62,436 nt of DNA from a bacterium (GTDB lineage Bacteria > Elusimicrobiota > Elusimicrobia > UBA1565 > UBA9628): positions 1 through 62,436 of the forward strand of contig JAJZCM010000005.1 of the NCBI GenBank assembly GCA_021846045.1, read 5' to 3'. Both the position numbers and the translations under genes were made by a program. The notes beneath the pieces were generated by a model. It made no database searches, was not told the DNA's origin, and worked only from the letters and a program-made list of their open reading frames with translations. Positions 48,432-57,821 of the stretch are shown in pieces (position 1 is the first letter of the stretch; every line of letters begins with the position of its first letter).

Positions 48432-49683
48432 TGACTCTCTGGATGGAAGCCCCGAGGCCGGCCAACTTATCTTCGATCTTTTCGTAGCCTCTATCGATAT
48501 GATAGACGCGCTGCAAAACGCTCTTTCCTTGGGCGGAAAGCGCCGCAACCAAGAGCGCCGCTCCGCCGCGAATATCGGAGGCCATAATCGGAGCGCCGAT
48601 CAAATTCTTAACGCCTAGAACCCGCGCATGACTGCCGTGAACGGAGATTGAGGCCCCCATGCGCAAAAGCTCCGCGGCATGGAGAAACCGGTTTTCAAAA
48701 ATGGTTTCTTCAATCTCGCTTTCACCATCGGCCAAACACATCAAACTCATCCACAGGGCCTGCAAATCCGTCGAAAATCCAGGGTACGGCCCGGTTTTAA
48801 TGGAGACGGGTTTGATCGTATGCCCATCGGAAACAACCGATATTTCCCGAATGCCGGTTTTAACCTTGACCCCGCAAGCTCGCAATTTGGCAATAGTATC
48901 TTTAAGATGCTCAGGCTTGGCGCCAATGAGATCAACGCGGCCCTGCGTCGCGGCAGCGGCGATCATGAAGGTGCCGGCTTCCAAACGGTCGGCAATCACC
49001 GAATATCGCGCTCCGTGCAAGACGGATTTCCCGCGAATATAAACCGTCGAACGCCCCACGCCTTTCACTTTTGCGCCAAGAGCCGTTAAAAATCTCCCAA
49101 GGTCTTCAATTTCAGGTTCTCTTGCCGCATTTTCGATAATTGTTTCTCCTTCCAACGCGGCAGCAGCCATCATCAAATTCTCGGTGGCCCCAACGCTGGG
49201 AAATTTTAGATGAACCCGTCCCGGCGCCAATTCCCGTGATGAAAGAATGATATCCCCTTGATCGACGAGTTCCCGAGCGCCCAAGGCTTTAAAGCCGTCC
49301 AAATGAATGTCAATAGGGCGAAGCCCGATGGAACATCCCCCAGGAATAGGAACTCTGACCACACCAAAACGCGCCAAAAGCGGTCCCGCGACCAAAACCG
49401 AAGCGCGCATTTGTTTCACCAAATCATACGGCGCATGAGTCTTAAGCGATGCTTTTGGTTTCACGGTTACGCGGGAACCCCTCACCTCGATCCCCTTCCC
49501 AAGGCTTTCAAGCAGTTGAAAAGTGGTGCGAATATCCCGAAGAAGAACGGGCACGTTCTCGATTACGCAGGCCTCATCAGTCAACAAGGTCGCAATCAGA
49601 ATAGGGAGAGCGGCATTCTTAGAACCGCTGATTTTTACAGTTCCTTTAATGGGTTTCCCCCCTTCAATGATAAACTGATCCAT
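48400..49683 (-). CDS. murA: UDP-GlcNAc 1-carboxyvinyltransferase
   Basis: GSKNAALP, MRAS, PGGCSIGLRP, SVGATEN, RGYE. Confidence 0.97.
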   Translation of the reverse strand: MDQFIIEGGKPIKGTVKISGSKNAALPILIATLLTDEACVIENVPVLLRDIRTTFQLLESLGKGIEVRGSRVTVKPKASLKTHAPYDLVKQMRASVLVAGPLLARFGVVRVPIPGGCSIGLRPIDIHLDGFKALGARELVDQGDIILSSRELAPGRVHLKFPSVGATENLMMAAAALEGETIIENAAREPEIEDLGRFLTALGAKVKGVGRSTVYIRGKSVLHGARYSVIADRLEAGTFMIAAAATQGRVDLIGAKPEHLKDTIAKLRACGVKVKTGIREISVVSDGHTIKPVSIKTGPYPGFSTDLQALWMSLMCLADGESEIEETIFENRFLHAAELLRMGASISVHGSHARVLGVKNLIGAPIMASDIRGGAALLVAALSAQGKSVLQRVYHIDRGYEKIEDKLAGLGASIQRVNDSRKLPSNS

Positions 49684-49685
49684 GT

Positions 49686-50537
49686 TTATTCCTTTTGCGC
49701 GATTGCAAAACGCGGGATTCCAGCAGAATCACATTGAACTTCCGCGCGTTCAAAACCGGCCTTCTTCATTATTTTTCTCATCTCCGCGCCTTGGCCAAAG
49801 CCAATCTCGGCAATCGCGATTCCCTTTGGTTTTAAATATTCCATGGCCTGAGAAAAGATTCTCCTCAAATACCTGAGCCCGTCCGGGCCGCCATCTAAAG
49901 CCATGCGAGGCTCTCTTAAAACCTCAAGCTCAAGCCGCTTTATTTCAGAACTCGGGATATAAGGCGGATTTGAAACGATCATATCGAACTTAAGCCGCCC
50001 CAAACCCCAGCTCTGAAGCATGTTTTTATGGATGAGAGATATTCGCCGCGCTTCTTCCGGGTAAAGACTCAAATTTTTTCTCATCCAATTTTTCGCTCGG
50101 ACGCTTTTTTCCATCGCAAAAACGCGGGCTTTCTTAAAATAATGGGCCAAGGAAATAGAAATCGCCCCCGTTCCCGCGCCGACATCCAAAAACAAAAGGT
50201 TCTCTCTTTCCCGTCCCTCAAAACTCTTGAACACTTTAAAAACCAACTCCTCCGTCTCCGGCCTTGGAATAAGAACTCCCGGACCGCAAAGTAATTTCAA
50301 GTCAAGAAAAGGTTGACTACCCGTCACATAAGCCAAGGGCTGCCGACGAGCACGGCGGCGGATAAGAGCTAAGAATTTTTTCTTTTCCGCCGGAGAAATG
50401 GGAGCAATCAATCCGCCCTGAATTTGAGCGCGCCCAACTTTGACCACATGCGACAATAAAAACTCAGACGAAGCTTCCGCTTCAGGAACACTGCGGCTCT
50501 TTAAATAATCAAAACCTTCTTGCAAGACGGAAATCAT
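49686..50537 (-). CDS. prmC: Release factor glutamine methyltransferase
   Basis: [28 protein letters not shown]; follows prfA. Confidence 0.95.
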   Translation of the reverse strand: MISVLQEGFDYLKSRSVPEAEASSEFLLSHVVKVGRAQIQGGLIAPISPAEKKKFLALIRRRARRQPLAYVTGSQPFLDLKLLCGPGVLIPRPETEELVFKVFKSFEGRERENLLFLDVGAGTGAISISLAHYFKKARVFAMEKSVRAKNWMRKNLSLYPEEARRISLIHKNMLQSWGLGRLKFDMIVSNPPYIPSSEIKRLELEVLREPRMALDGGPDGLRYLRRIFSQAMEYLKPKGIAIAEIGFGQGAEMRKIMKKAGFERAEVQCDSAGIPRFAIAQKE

Positions 50538-51604
50538 TGGGAATTTTCATCTCCGCGCGCGGCTTCTTCCCGCAGGGCTTCAAGCACCGGCCCGATTGCG
50601 CCTTCCATCAGAACCGGCAAATTGTGCCAGGAACGCTCCAACCGATGATCCGTCAAGCGATTTTGAGGAAAATTATAAGTTCGGATTTTCTCCGAGCGAT
50701 CTCCGGTTCCCACTTGGACCTTTCTGGTATGGGAAACTTTTTCTTCATGCTTTTGGCGCTCTGCGTCATAAAGCTTAGACCTCAGCATCGCCATCGCCTT
50801 CATCTTATTTTTAAGCTGGGAGCGTTCATCTTGACACTGAACGACCACCCCCGTGGGAATATGAGTAATGCGAATCGCGGTTTCCACCTTATTGACGTTT
50901 TGTCCCCCAGCGCCGCCGGCACGATAAGTGTCAACTTTAAGATCTTCCGGACGGATATCAACGTCCACCTCTTCCACTTCCGGCATGACGGCGACCGTCA
51001 CCGTTGATGTGTGAATGCGGCCCGAGGCTTCCGTCTGAGGAACCCGCTGAACACGGTGAACCCCCCCCTCATATTTCAGCCAACCATAGACCGGCCCTCC
51101 AGAAATATAGAGGACCGCCGACTTGATTCCCTTAAGGCCCGTGGCGTTAGCCTCCATCATCTCAACTCTAAAGCCCTGGTCTTGGGCGAAACGCCCATAC
51201 ATTCGCAACAACTCCGAGGCGAACAAGGCGGCTTCATCTCCGCCGGCGCCCGCTCGGACTTCAAGAAAAACGTTTTTAGAATCATTCGGATCCTTGGGTT
51301 TCAAAGCCTCCAAAAGTTCCGCCTGAATTTTTTCAACTTTACAGGACCAAGCGTCCTTTTCACGAACGGCTAATTCCACCAACTCCTTATCCACCCCTGC
51401 GCCCTGGGCGATTTCTTCCAAATCACGAATCTCACGATAGGCCGCTTTGATTTCCTTGATTTTTAAAACCAAGGGACGCAATTCGTTGTAGCGTGCGGAA
51501 AGGCTTTTCAAAAGATCGGAAGAAAGACTCGGCTGGGAAAGGCGAGATTCAAGAGATGAAAACTCCTCTTCCAACTTCAAAACAGAGACAGGCAACATCT
51601 CCAT
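50534..51604 (-). CDS. prfA: Peptide chain release factor 1
   Basis: [15 protein letters not shown] (PxT), [15 protein letters not shown]. Confidence 0.97.
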   Translation of the reverse strand: MEMLPVSVLKLEEEFSSLESRLSQPSLSSDLLKSLSARYNELRPLVLKIKEIKAAYREIRDLEEIAQGAGVDKELVELAVREKDAWSCKVEKIQAELLEALKPKDPNDSKNVFLEVRAGAGGDEAALFASELLRMYGRFAQDQGFRVEMMEANATGLKGIKSAVLYISGGPVYGWLKYEGGVHRVQRVPQTEASGRIHTSTVTVAVMPEVEEVDVDIRPEDLKVDTYRAGGAGGQNVNKVETAIRITHIPTGVVVQCQDERSQLKNKMKAMAMLRSKLYDAERQKHEEKVSHTRKVQVGTGDRSEKIRTYNFPQNRLTDHRLERSWHNLPVLMEGAIGPVLEALREEAARGDENSQ

Positions 51605-51651
51605 CAGGGAAGAATATCCCTAGTATAGTGCGTCATAAATTCCTTTACATT

Positions 51652-51721
51652 CGTCACCCCGACGAAAGTCGGGGTCAGGGCCCGCGTAAAAGATTGGATT
51701 CCGGCTTTCGCCGGAATGACG
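51652..51721. repeat. CGTC-type REP doublet
   Basis: CGTCACCCCGACGAAAGTCGGGGTC ... GGATTCCGGCTTTCGCCGGAATGACG. Confidence 0.85.
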
Positions 51722-51788
51722 GCAAGGAGGATGCCGGAATGGCGGCCTTCCCAAATGTAATGAAGCGTTGGAATCACTACCCTAAGAG

Positions 51789-52127
51789 TTATTTCTTGGC
51801 GGGGGTTTTAGACGCCGCTTTTTTCTCTGTTTTCTTGGGAGCGGAGCTTAAGGTCTTTTTTGCTCGTGGAACCGAGGCAAGTTTTTTAACCGGGGCTTTC
51901 TCGGATTTGCGAACAATCGTTTTTCCCTCCGTGGACTCAAAGCGCTTCTTGAAGCGTTCAACGCGGCCGGCGGCGTCCACGAATTTTTGCTGCCCGGTGA
52001 AGAAAGGATGACAGGCGGAGCAAATTTCCAGCTTCACGTCCTTCCTAGTAGAACGAGTCTCAAAGGAAGAGCCGCAAGCGCAAGTAACCTTCGTCGTCAT
52101 ATATTGTGGATGAATTCCTGATTTCAT
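51789..52127 (-). CDS. rpmE: 50S ribosomal protein L31 (Zn type) with Lys/Ala-rich tail
   Basis: [27 protein letters not shown]. Confidence 0.95.
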   Translation of the reverse strand: MKSGIHPQYMTTKVTCACGSSFETRSTRKDVKLEICSACHPFFTGQQKFVDAAGRVERFKKRFESTEGKTIVRKSEKAPVKKLASVPRAKKTLSSAPKKTEKKAASKTPAKK

Positions 52128-52193
52128 GATTTCCTCTGCCGAGTATATAAAAATTTTCTTTTAGGTCTAACCTATTTTTAGTATTTTACTAAA

Positions 52194-53294
52194 ATGAGGG
52201 CAAAAAAAGAAGCGAAAAAAAATTGCATTCTTCTTTCCCAACTTATCCTATCCTGCGTTCTTTTCGTGAAACCTGCCTTGGCCAAATCTCTTAATCCCCA
52301 TTGGAAGCCTCAATCTCGGTTTAAAAAGATATCAAAAACCCGTAAGGAATCGCCCGCGTCTTTTTCCGGGGATGGATGGTCGCCTGAAATTACGAAGGCG
52401 ATAAACAAGCTCATCGCCGATAAGGGAAACGCTTCTCCCCATTACAATCCTCGCAAGCCCCCGATTGCGACCATCCCCTGGGAAGGAGTCGTTACCGATG
52501 GAGATATCGATGAGCTTGTTTTTTGGCGCCTCATCCGCAGAGCGGATTTCAAATTTTCCGACCCGTTCTGGAATATCGTTCCCATCGCCTACGGGAGGCA
52601 GAAACTCAGAGCCGCTTATGAGCAATTTTCGCCGCTTCCCAAAACTATTTGGAACACGCAGCCGACTTATCATCAATATCTGAAATATTTTGTCAAGAGT
52701 TACCAAGACCAGCGCCTAGAGACGGGAATAAAATCCTGCCGCATCTACCTTTCCCGCCTGTGGTTTGGATTTACGCCTCAAGAAGCTGAGTCCTACGTCC
52801 AGATTACGCTCAACCAGGAAAAATTCCAAGCGTTGAAAAAAGAAATAATCGCCGACCCCCCCGAAGATCGGGCTCCGGTTTATATCCGGAGAGGAATCCG
52901 CGTCCGCCCTCAAGCCCTTGGACTCATCCAAAGCCTCAACAATGCAGGGTTTGACATCTGGATCATCTCAGCCGATGCCGAGCCGACCTTGAAAGCGGCT
53001 CTCAGTTGGGCCGGAATTTCCTACGCGCATCCCGCAGGCATCAAGATAAAACTCGACAAAAAAGGGATTTTTAACGGAAAAATTTCACAGCCTCTTCCCT
53101 TTTGGGGCGGGGAAACCGCAACCGTCATCTTTCACACTGGGAGAATCCCCGCGCTGTCTGTGGGGTTTTGGCCGCAGGACCAAGCCATTCTAAGCTATGG
53201 AAACGGACTTAAAATATTGATTTCCGGAAAAGACAAAACTCTCGTAAAAACCGCGCGAAAGAAGGGTTGGCTGATTCAGCCCGCGTTTCAATAA
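52194..53294 (+). CDS. Exported HAD-fold protein with degenerate catalytic motifs
   Basis: Signal peptide; GFDIWIISA motif II retained, motif I reads IPWEG. Confidence 0.6.
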   Translation: MRAKKEAKKNCILLSQLILSCVLFVKPALAKSLNPHWKPQSRFKKISKTRKESPASFSGDGWSPEITKAINKLIADKGNASPHYNPRKPPIATIPWEGVVTDGDIDELVFWRLIRRADFKFSDPFWNIVPIAYGRQKLRAAYEQFSPLPKTIWNTQPTYHQYLKYFVKSYQDQRLETGIKSCRIYLSRLWFGFTPQEAESYVQITLNQEKFQALKKEIIADPPEDRAPVYIRRGIRVRPQALGLIQSLNNAGFDIWIISADAEPTLKAALSWAGISYAHPAGIKIKLDKKGIFNGKISQPLPFWGGETATVIFHTGRIPALSVGFWPQDQAILSYGNGLKILISGKDKTLVKTARKKGWLIQPAFQ

Positions 53295-53304
53295 CGGCTA
53301 AATG

Positions 53305-54417
53305 TCATCGGGATTTTTTAATTAAAATAAAAAGCTTGCCGGGATTCCATTGATTAGAAGATTCCGTCCGCGCCTGGGCGCCATGCCCCACATACATATC
53401 CACTCGCCCGGGGCCCTTGATGGCGCCGCCCGTGTCCAAGCAGAACGCAAAACTCCGCCGCTTAAATCGCCCTAAAAAACGCCCTTTGCGATCAGCCTTT
53501 GGCGAAGTCGTCTCAATATAGGCCAAGGCTCCGAGGGGAATATAGGCGGGATCGATGGCGATGGAAGCCCCCGGAACCAAGGGCTCATGCGCGGTACCTT
53601 GGGGTTCTTCTCCTAGCTCGAAGGGGTCCAACTTAAAAAAAACATACCGCGGGTCCTGCGCCAATATCTCCCCCTCTTTTTTAGGATGATCTTCCAGATA
53701 AGCGCGTAGTGCGTCTTTCGATATTTTCCCCTTCTTGAAAATTCCTTGACGAATCAACAGGGAACCAATTGGACGATAGGGAAGTCCGTTGGTCGCCGCA
53801 TATTGCGCCAAAATCTCGCTTCCATCGGGGAACTCAAGTATGCCAGAGCCTTGAACTTGAAGATCAAAAACGTCAAACGGACTCTTCAACCACGCCAAAG
53901 CAAGGCCTCTCCCAGCCAAGGCGTGATCAAGATCAATGGCCTTGCGGCTTAAGGAAGACAAGGCTTTGTCCGCTGGCAACCGATAAATGGGATAGCGATA
54001 AACCGAATCCTTATGAAAGCGGGCGGACAGAACCGGTTCATAGTAATCGGAAAAAATCACCCGTCCCTTGCCGTCGATTCCCAAGGACTGAAACAACTCA
54101 AAATTATTTTTTAGCGCCTTAAAAAACTCCACCCGTGTTCGGCTTTCATGGTTGATCTTTAAAAGTTCTTGAGCAGAGTCCGCTAAAATTTTGGGCTTCC
54201 AAGAGCGCCCTCCCGCATCAATTGCCGACCCAGGTGGAAGTTGAGCCACATAATCTAAAACGCGTTTTGCGGCCAGGTCCAAGGCTTTTTTGTTCCACTG
54301 CGCCTTTTTAAAGGAAGGGATTCCTTCGCTTGTTAAAGGCTTTAAAGCCGCCGCCGGCCCACCTTGCGCTCGCACGGAAAAACACATAAGAAAAATGAGC
54401 GTATTAAAAATACTCAT
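53305..54417 (-). CDS. mltA: MltA-type lytic transglycosylase
   Basis: YYEP, LQVQGSG, PRYVFF, SIAIDP, DTGGAIKGPGRVDMY.G. Confidence 0.92.
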   Translation of the reverse strand: MSIFNTLIFLMCFSVRAQGGPAAALKPLTSEGIPSFKKAQWNKKALDLAAKRVLDYVAQLPPGSAIDAGGRSWKPKILADSAQELLKINHESRTRVEFFKALKNNFELFQSLGIDGKGRVIFSDYYEPVLSARFHKDSVYRYPIYRLPADKALSSLSRKAIDLDHALAGRGLALAWLKSPFDVFDLQVQGSGILEFPDGSEILAQYAATNGLPYRPIGSLLIRQGIFKKGKISKDALRAYLEDHPKKEGEILAQDPRYVFFKLDPFELGEEPQGTAHEPLVPGASIAIDPAYIPLGALAYIETTSPKADRKGRFLGRFKRRSFAFCLDTGGAIKGPGRVDMYVGHGAQARTESSNQWNPGKLFILIKKSR

Positions 54418-55577
54418 CGGCTAGGGCTCGCAACGAGCCGGGGGTTTTTAGGTTCAAAAAGAACAAGCGTGCGGCGCAATTCCCCTTCTTCCTCCAAATG
54501 AATTGCCTTGACATGACAAGGTTCTGATTTAAAAATGGTGTCGGCTTCCACTACTTGGTTCGGACGGTCGAGAGCGATTCCAATAAGTCTTAACACTTCC
54601 TGCTGTTGCGTGTCTATAACATCCAATAAATGGGGCTTCGCGACGGACTTATTTCCCTTATCTTCAATCCCCGGAATTCCGGAGACGACGGGCATCTGAA
54701 AATTGGTATAGAGAACGCTATTGTCCTCATCAACGACAATCGCGTGATAGTTTTTAGGGACCACGGCGAAAAGAATCGAGCGCCACCATCGCGCCTCGGA
54801 TACGCCGCGTTGGGATTCGCGAACTTTGACTGTCGACATCTCGCCTTTAACCTTAAAAAGAAAAAGCTTTAAGGCTTCAGCGACATCGCCGATCTCATCG
54901 GCGCGAGCGGGGAATTTAAGCTCAAAAGTTTTAAATGAAACGCTTTCGACCGCTTCCCGTAAATTAAAAAGAGGAATTAATATCCAGCGATGAAGGAAGA
55001 AATAAAGCGGAACCCCCAACAGTAAAAGAACCCCAACGGCGCCGACGGCATATTTGGTCATCGCGTTATTAATAACGGTGACCGCAGTCTCACGGCTGAC
55101 TTGAAGATCCAAAATCCCAAGAGCTCGGCCCTCATAGGAGAGCGGAATCGCGATATCATACAAAGGGAGGTTGGGAACTGGAAGAATGACTGGGGATTTC
55201 GTCTGCCAAGCTTTGGCTATCGCGTCGGTGGGAAGAGTTACCTCTTTGGCGAACTCATCAAAGCTTTCGGTTATCTTCGAAGGATCCTTAAACCAGCGGA
55301 TCTCGCCGTATTTATTGAGATAGACCAAGGCCGCCACGCGGCGGTCGCTGGCTATACGCGTAATCGTATCCAACTCATCGATTGAAATAACGCTCTGGTC
55401 ATGGCTAAGCCCCCTGACCAAGGTTGGCGCATAGAGGTGCACCATGTCCAGGGTTTCCTGCTTGAGTTTCTGGTCAAAAGTCCATTTAAAAAGGTTGTAA
55501 TAGAAAATTCCGCCAAGAAACATCACGTAAATTCCTATCGCGGTAAACCAAAGAAACCACTTCGAGGAAATGCTCAT
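54414..55577 (-). CDS. 2-TM sensor-like protein with HAMP and PAS-like domain, no output domain
   Basis: Two TMs around an exported domain; PLFNLREAV...DEIGDVAEA HAMP; IVVDEDNSVLYTN. Confidence 0.7.
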   Translation of the reverse strand: MSISSKWFLWFTAIGIYVMFLGGIFYYNLFKWTFDQKLKQETLDMVHLYAPTLVRGLSHDQSVISIDELDTITRIASDRRVAALVYLNKYGEIRWFKDPSKITESFDEFAKEVTLPTDAIAKAWQTKSPVILPVPNLPLYDIAIPLSYEGRALGILDLQVSRETAVTVINNAMTKYAVGAVGVLLLLGVPLYFFLHRWILIPLFNLREAVESVSFKTFELKFPARADEIGDVAEALKLFLFKVKGEMSTVKVRESQRGVSEARWWRSILFAVVPKNYHAIVVDEDNSVLYTNFQMPVVSGIPGIEDKGNKSVAKPHLLDVIDTQQQEVLRLIGIALDRPNQVVEADTIFKSEPCHVKAIHLEEEGELRRTLVLFEPKNPRLVASPSR

Positions 55578-55605
55578 TTAAGGGTTATCGTCTATGGGAC
55601 AATTT

Positions 55606-56925
55606 TTATAGTCCGCCTTTGTTATAAATCTGGTCTATTTTCTCAAGACCGGCCGCAGCATCCGAATTCTCCGGATTGTATTTCTTGGCCAGAATCCACT
55701 CATTTTTCGCCTGTTCGTAATTATGCTCCATGTAATATTGAACGCCCAATAAATAATGCTGCTTTGAGGATTTTTTGTCCTCTTGAGATACTTGCGTTGT
55801 TTGAAGAGGCGGGGCGCCGGTCTGCGAACCCACCGCAGTGGAACTACTCTGCGCGACTTCTTTTTGTTTCTTTTCTTCTTGGGCTCTTTTTTGAGCCGCG
55901 GCTATCGCTTCTTTTTTTCTCTTGCGCACGGCGTCTTCCTCGGCCTTCAGTTCCTCTTTGCGATGAACGATGGCATCCTTGGCTTGGGAAATCAACTGAT
56001 CGGCTGATTCCGTGTCGTATCCATAATCTGTTGCGCGCTTCCATTGGGCGATGGCTTGATTGAAATGCCCTTGCCGGTAAAGGTCCCGCCCGGCGACGAC
56101 GTGCTGATTGGCCATTTCAGATCGGATTTGTCCCATTAAACTCCGAACCTTGTTATTGGACGGCTCATAAGACAAGATTTGGTCTAGGATCTTAAGCGCC
56201 TCATCCGTTTGGCCCTCGCCGTAAAGACTCAACGCCGCCTCCAGTTTTCTGTTCATATCCCTGTTTTTCTGCTGCATCTCCACTCTTTGAATCGCCTCTT
56301 GAAGATGTGGATACCTGGGATTTAAAACAAGAGCGGAATACCATTGATCTAAGGCTTCTTTATACTCGCGCTTCTGATAAAAAATCCGACCGCGGACAAA
56401 ATGTTCATGAGCCAATTTAAACCGGCATTTCTTTAACCAAAACTTAGCCTTGATATTATAGGGCGATAGCTGAACGACTTCTTTAAACCGATTTTCAGCC
56501 TCGACTAAGCGACCTTCTCGATAAAACGCCATTCCCTCATCGAACTTATCAACGGCTAGCTGATGCTCGGCGAAAAGAGGCTTGGGGGAGCCCTTTAAAT
56601 CAATGGCCGCATCCTGGAGAATCTGCGCGTCTTGGTAATTGGGGTCGATCGCCAATATTTGAGAAGTCAACCTTTTAGCCCCGACAAAATCCCCCTTTCT
56701 ATACAAATCATAGGCGCTACCGTAAACCTCTTTGAGCATGGCGCGCGTAATTTGAGATTGTTCCAAATCTACGGTATCAATCGCTTTTTTCTCTTCTCCG
56801 GAACTAACGGGGCCCAAGGTCACCTGCGAGAGATTGAGAAACAAGGCGTCCATTTTCTTGTCGCCGCTCTGCCCGTAAAGCGCGGAAGATAACAAAAGCA
56901 AAAGAGCCGTGACGCGAGTTCTCAT
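55606..56925 (-). CDS. Exported TPR protein
   Basis: Signal peptide; multiple TPR units (G..Y....Y..A...W..AL..NP). Confidence 0.85.
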   Translation of the reverse strand: MRTRVTALLLLLSSALYGQSGDKKMDALFLNLSQVTLGPVSSGEEKKAIDTVDLEQSQITRAMLKEVYGSAYDLYRKGDFVGAKRLTSQILAIDPNYQDAQILQDAAIDLKGSPKPLFAEHQLAVDKFDEGMAFYREGRLVEAENRFKEVVQLSPYNIKAKFWLKKCRFKLAHEHFVRGRIFYQKREYKEALDQWYSALVLNPRYPHLQEAIQRVEMQQKNRDMNRKLEAALSLYGEGQTDEALKILDQILSYEPSNNKVRSLMGQIRSEMANQHVVAGRDLYRQGHFNQAIAQWKRATDYGYDTESADQLISQAKDAIVHRKEELKAEEDAVRKRKKEAIAAAQKRAQEEKKQKEVAQSSSTAVGSQTGAPPLQTTQVSQEDKKSSKQHYLLGVQYYMEHNYEQAKNEWILAKKYNPENSDAAAGLEKIDQIYNKGGL

Positions 56926-57821
56926 TAAAAACCCAAGCCTCCCTTAAGCAGTGATTTAATCATCGGCGAGAGCATCATAATAAACACAGTCGGGAAAATA
57001 AAGATAAAAAGCGGAATCAGCATCTTGGTAGAAGCCTGGGCGGCCAACTTTTCGGCCTTGTTGAGGCGCCGAAAACGCATATCGGCGGCATAATTGCGTA
57101 AAAGTTCGACCAGCGATGTTCCCAATTCATCCGATTGGATGATGAGCCCCACAAAAGAGCGAATCTCTTGAAGCCCAGTTCTCAAAGCCATGCGTTCCAA
57201 AGCGTTGCGGCGCGAATATCCCAATTGAACCTCGTTCAAGGTTCTATCGATTTCAATTTCAAGTTCGGTTTTTTCCTTGGCGTTTTTAACGATGCGCTCA
57301 AAAGCCGACAAATAATCAAGCCCCGATTCAATCGTCAAAGCCGCCAGATCAACGAAGGTTGGAAAGTTTCTGAGAATGGCCATTTGCCGAGCCTCGACCT
57401 GCTTTTTAAAAAGGCTGTCCGGCAAAATAAAGCCGACGACCAGGCCAAAAACGCCGAAAAAAATATTCCCGGTTAAAAACCCAAATAACGTCCCAAAAGC
57501 CGCCGCCAACAGCTCTTTCTGGTGGAGAATATCAAGAGGCGTCGGCTTATCGGGCTTACCCATCATCATGTGCAAATTCTCGATCGGCTTACCAATTTTT
57601 AAGGTCTTAATCAGCCACAGATCCAAGCGATCGACAAGAGAGCCCTTGGGGTTGAGCGTGGAAAAAGCGGTTTCAAGAGATTTTTCCGACTTGGCGATTT
57701 TTGCGACGTCGGCCTCGTCTTGACTCGCCGGGCTGAAAGCCCGATGAACCAAGGTATAGGTCGCCATTGACCCCAAAAATCCCAGAATCAAGAGGACATA
57801 ATGCGTCATCGTCAAGCTCAT
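56925..57821 (-). CDS. tadC: Tad pilus platform protein TadC
   Basis: P.FVDL....ESGL, QSDELGTSL, AEKLAAQASTKMLIPL..FIFP. Confidence 0.9.
   Translation of the reverse strand: MSLTMTHYVLLILGFLGSMATYTLVHRAFSPASQDEADVAKIAKSEKSLETAFSTLNPKGSLVDRLDLWLIKTLKIGKPIENLHMMMGKPDKPTPLDILHQKELLAAAFGTLFGFLTGNIFFGVFGLVVGFILPDSLFKKQVEARQMAILRNFPTFVDLAALTIESGLDYLSAFERIVKNAKEKTELEIEIDRTLNEVQLGYSRRNALERMALRTGLQEIRSFVGLIIQSDELGTSLVELLRNYAADMRFRRLNKAEKLAAQASTKMLIPLFIFIFPTVFIMMLSPMIKSLLKGGLGF

Noticed and set aside
51493-52011. 172-aa plus-strand ORF
   Set aside because: Runs antisense across prfA, a REP and rpmE
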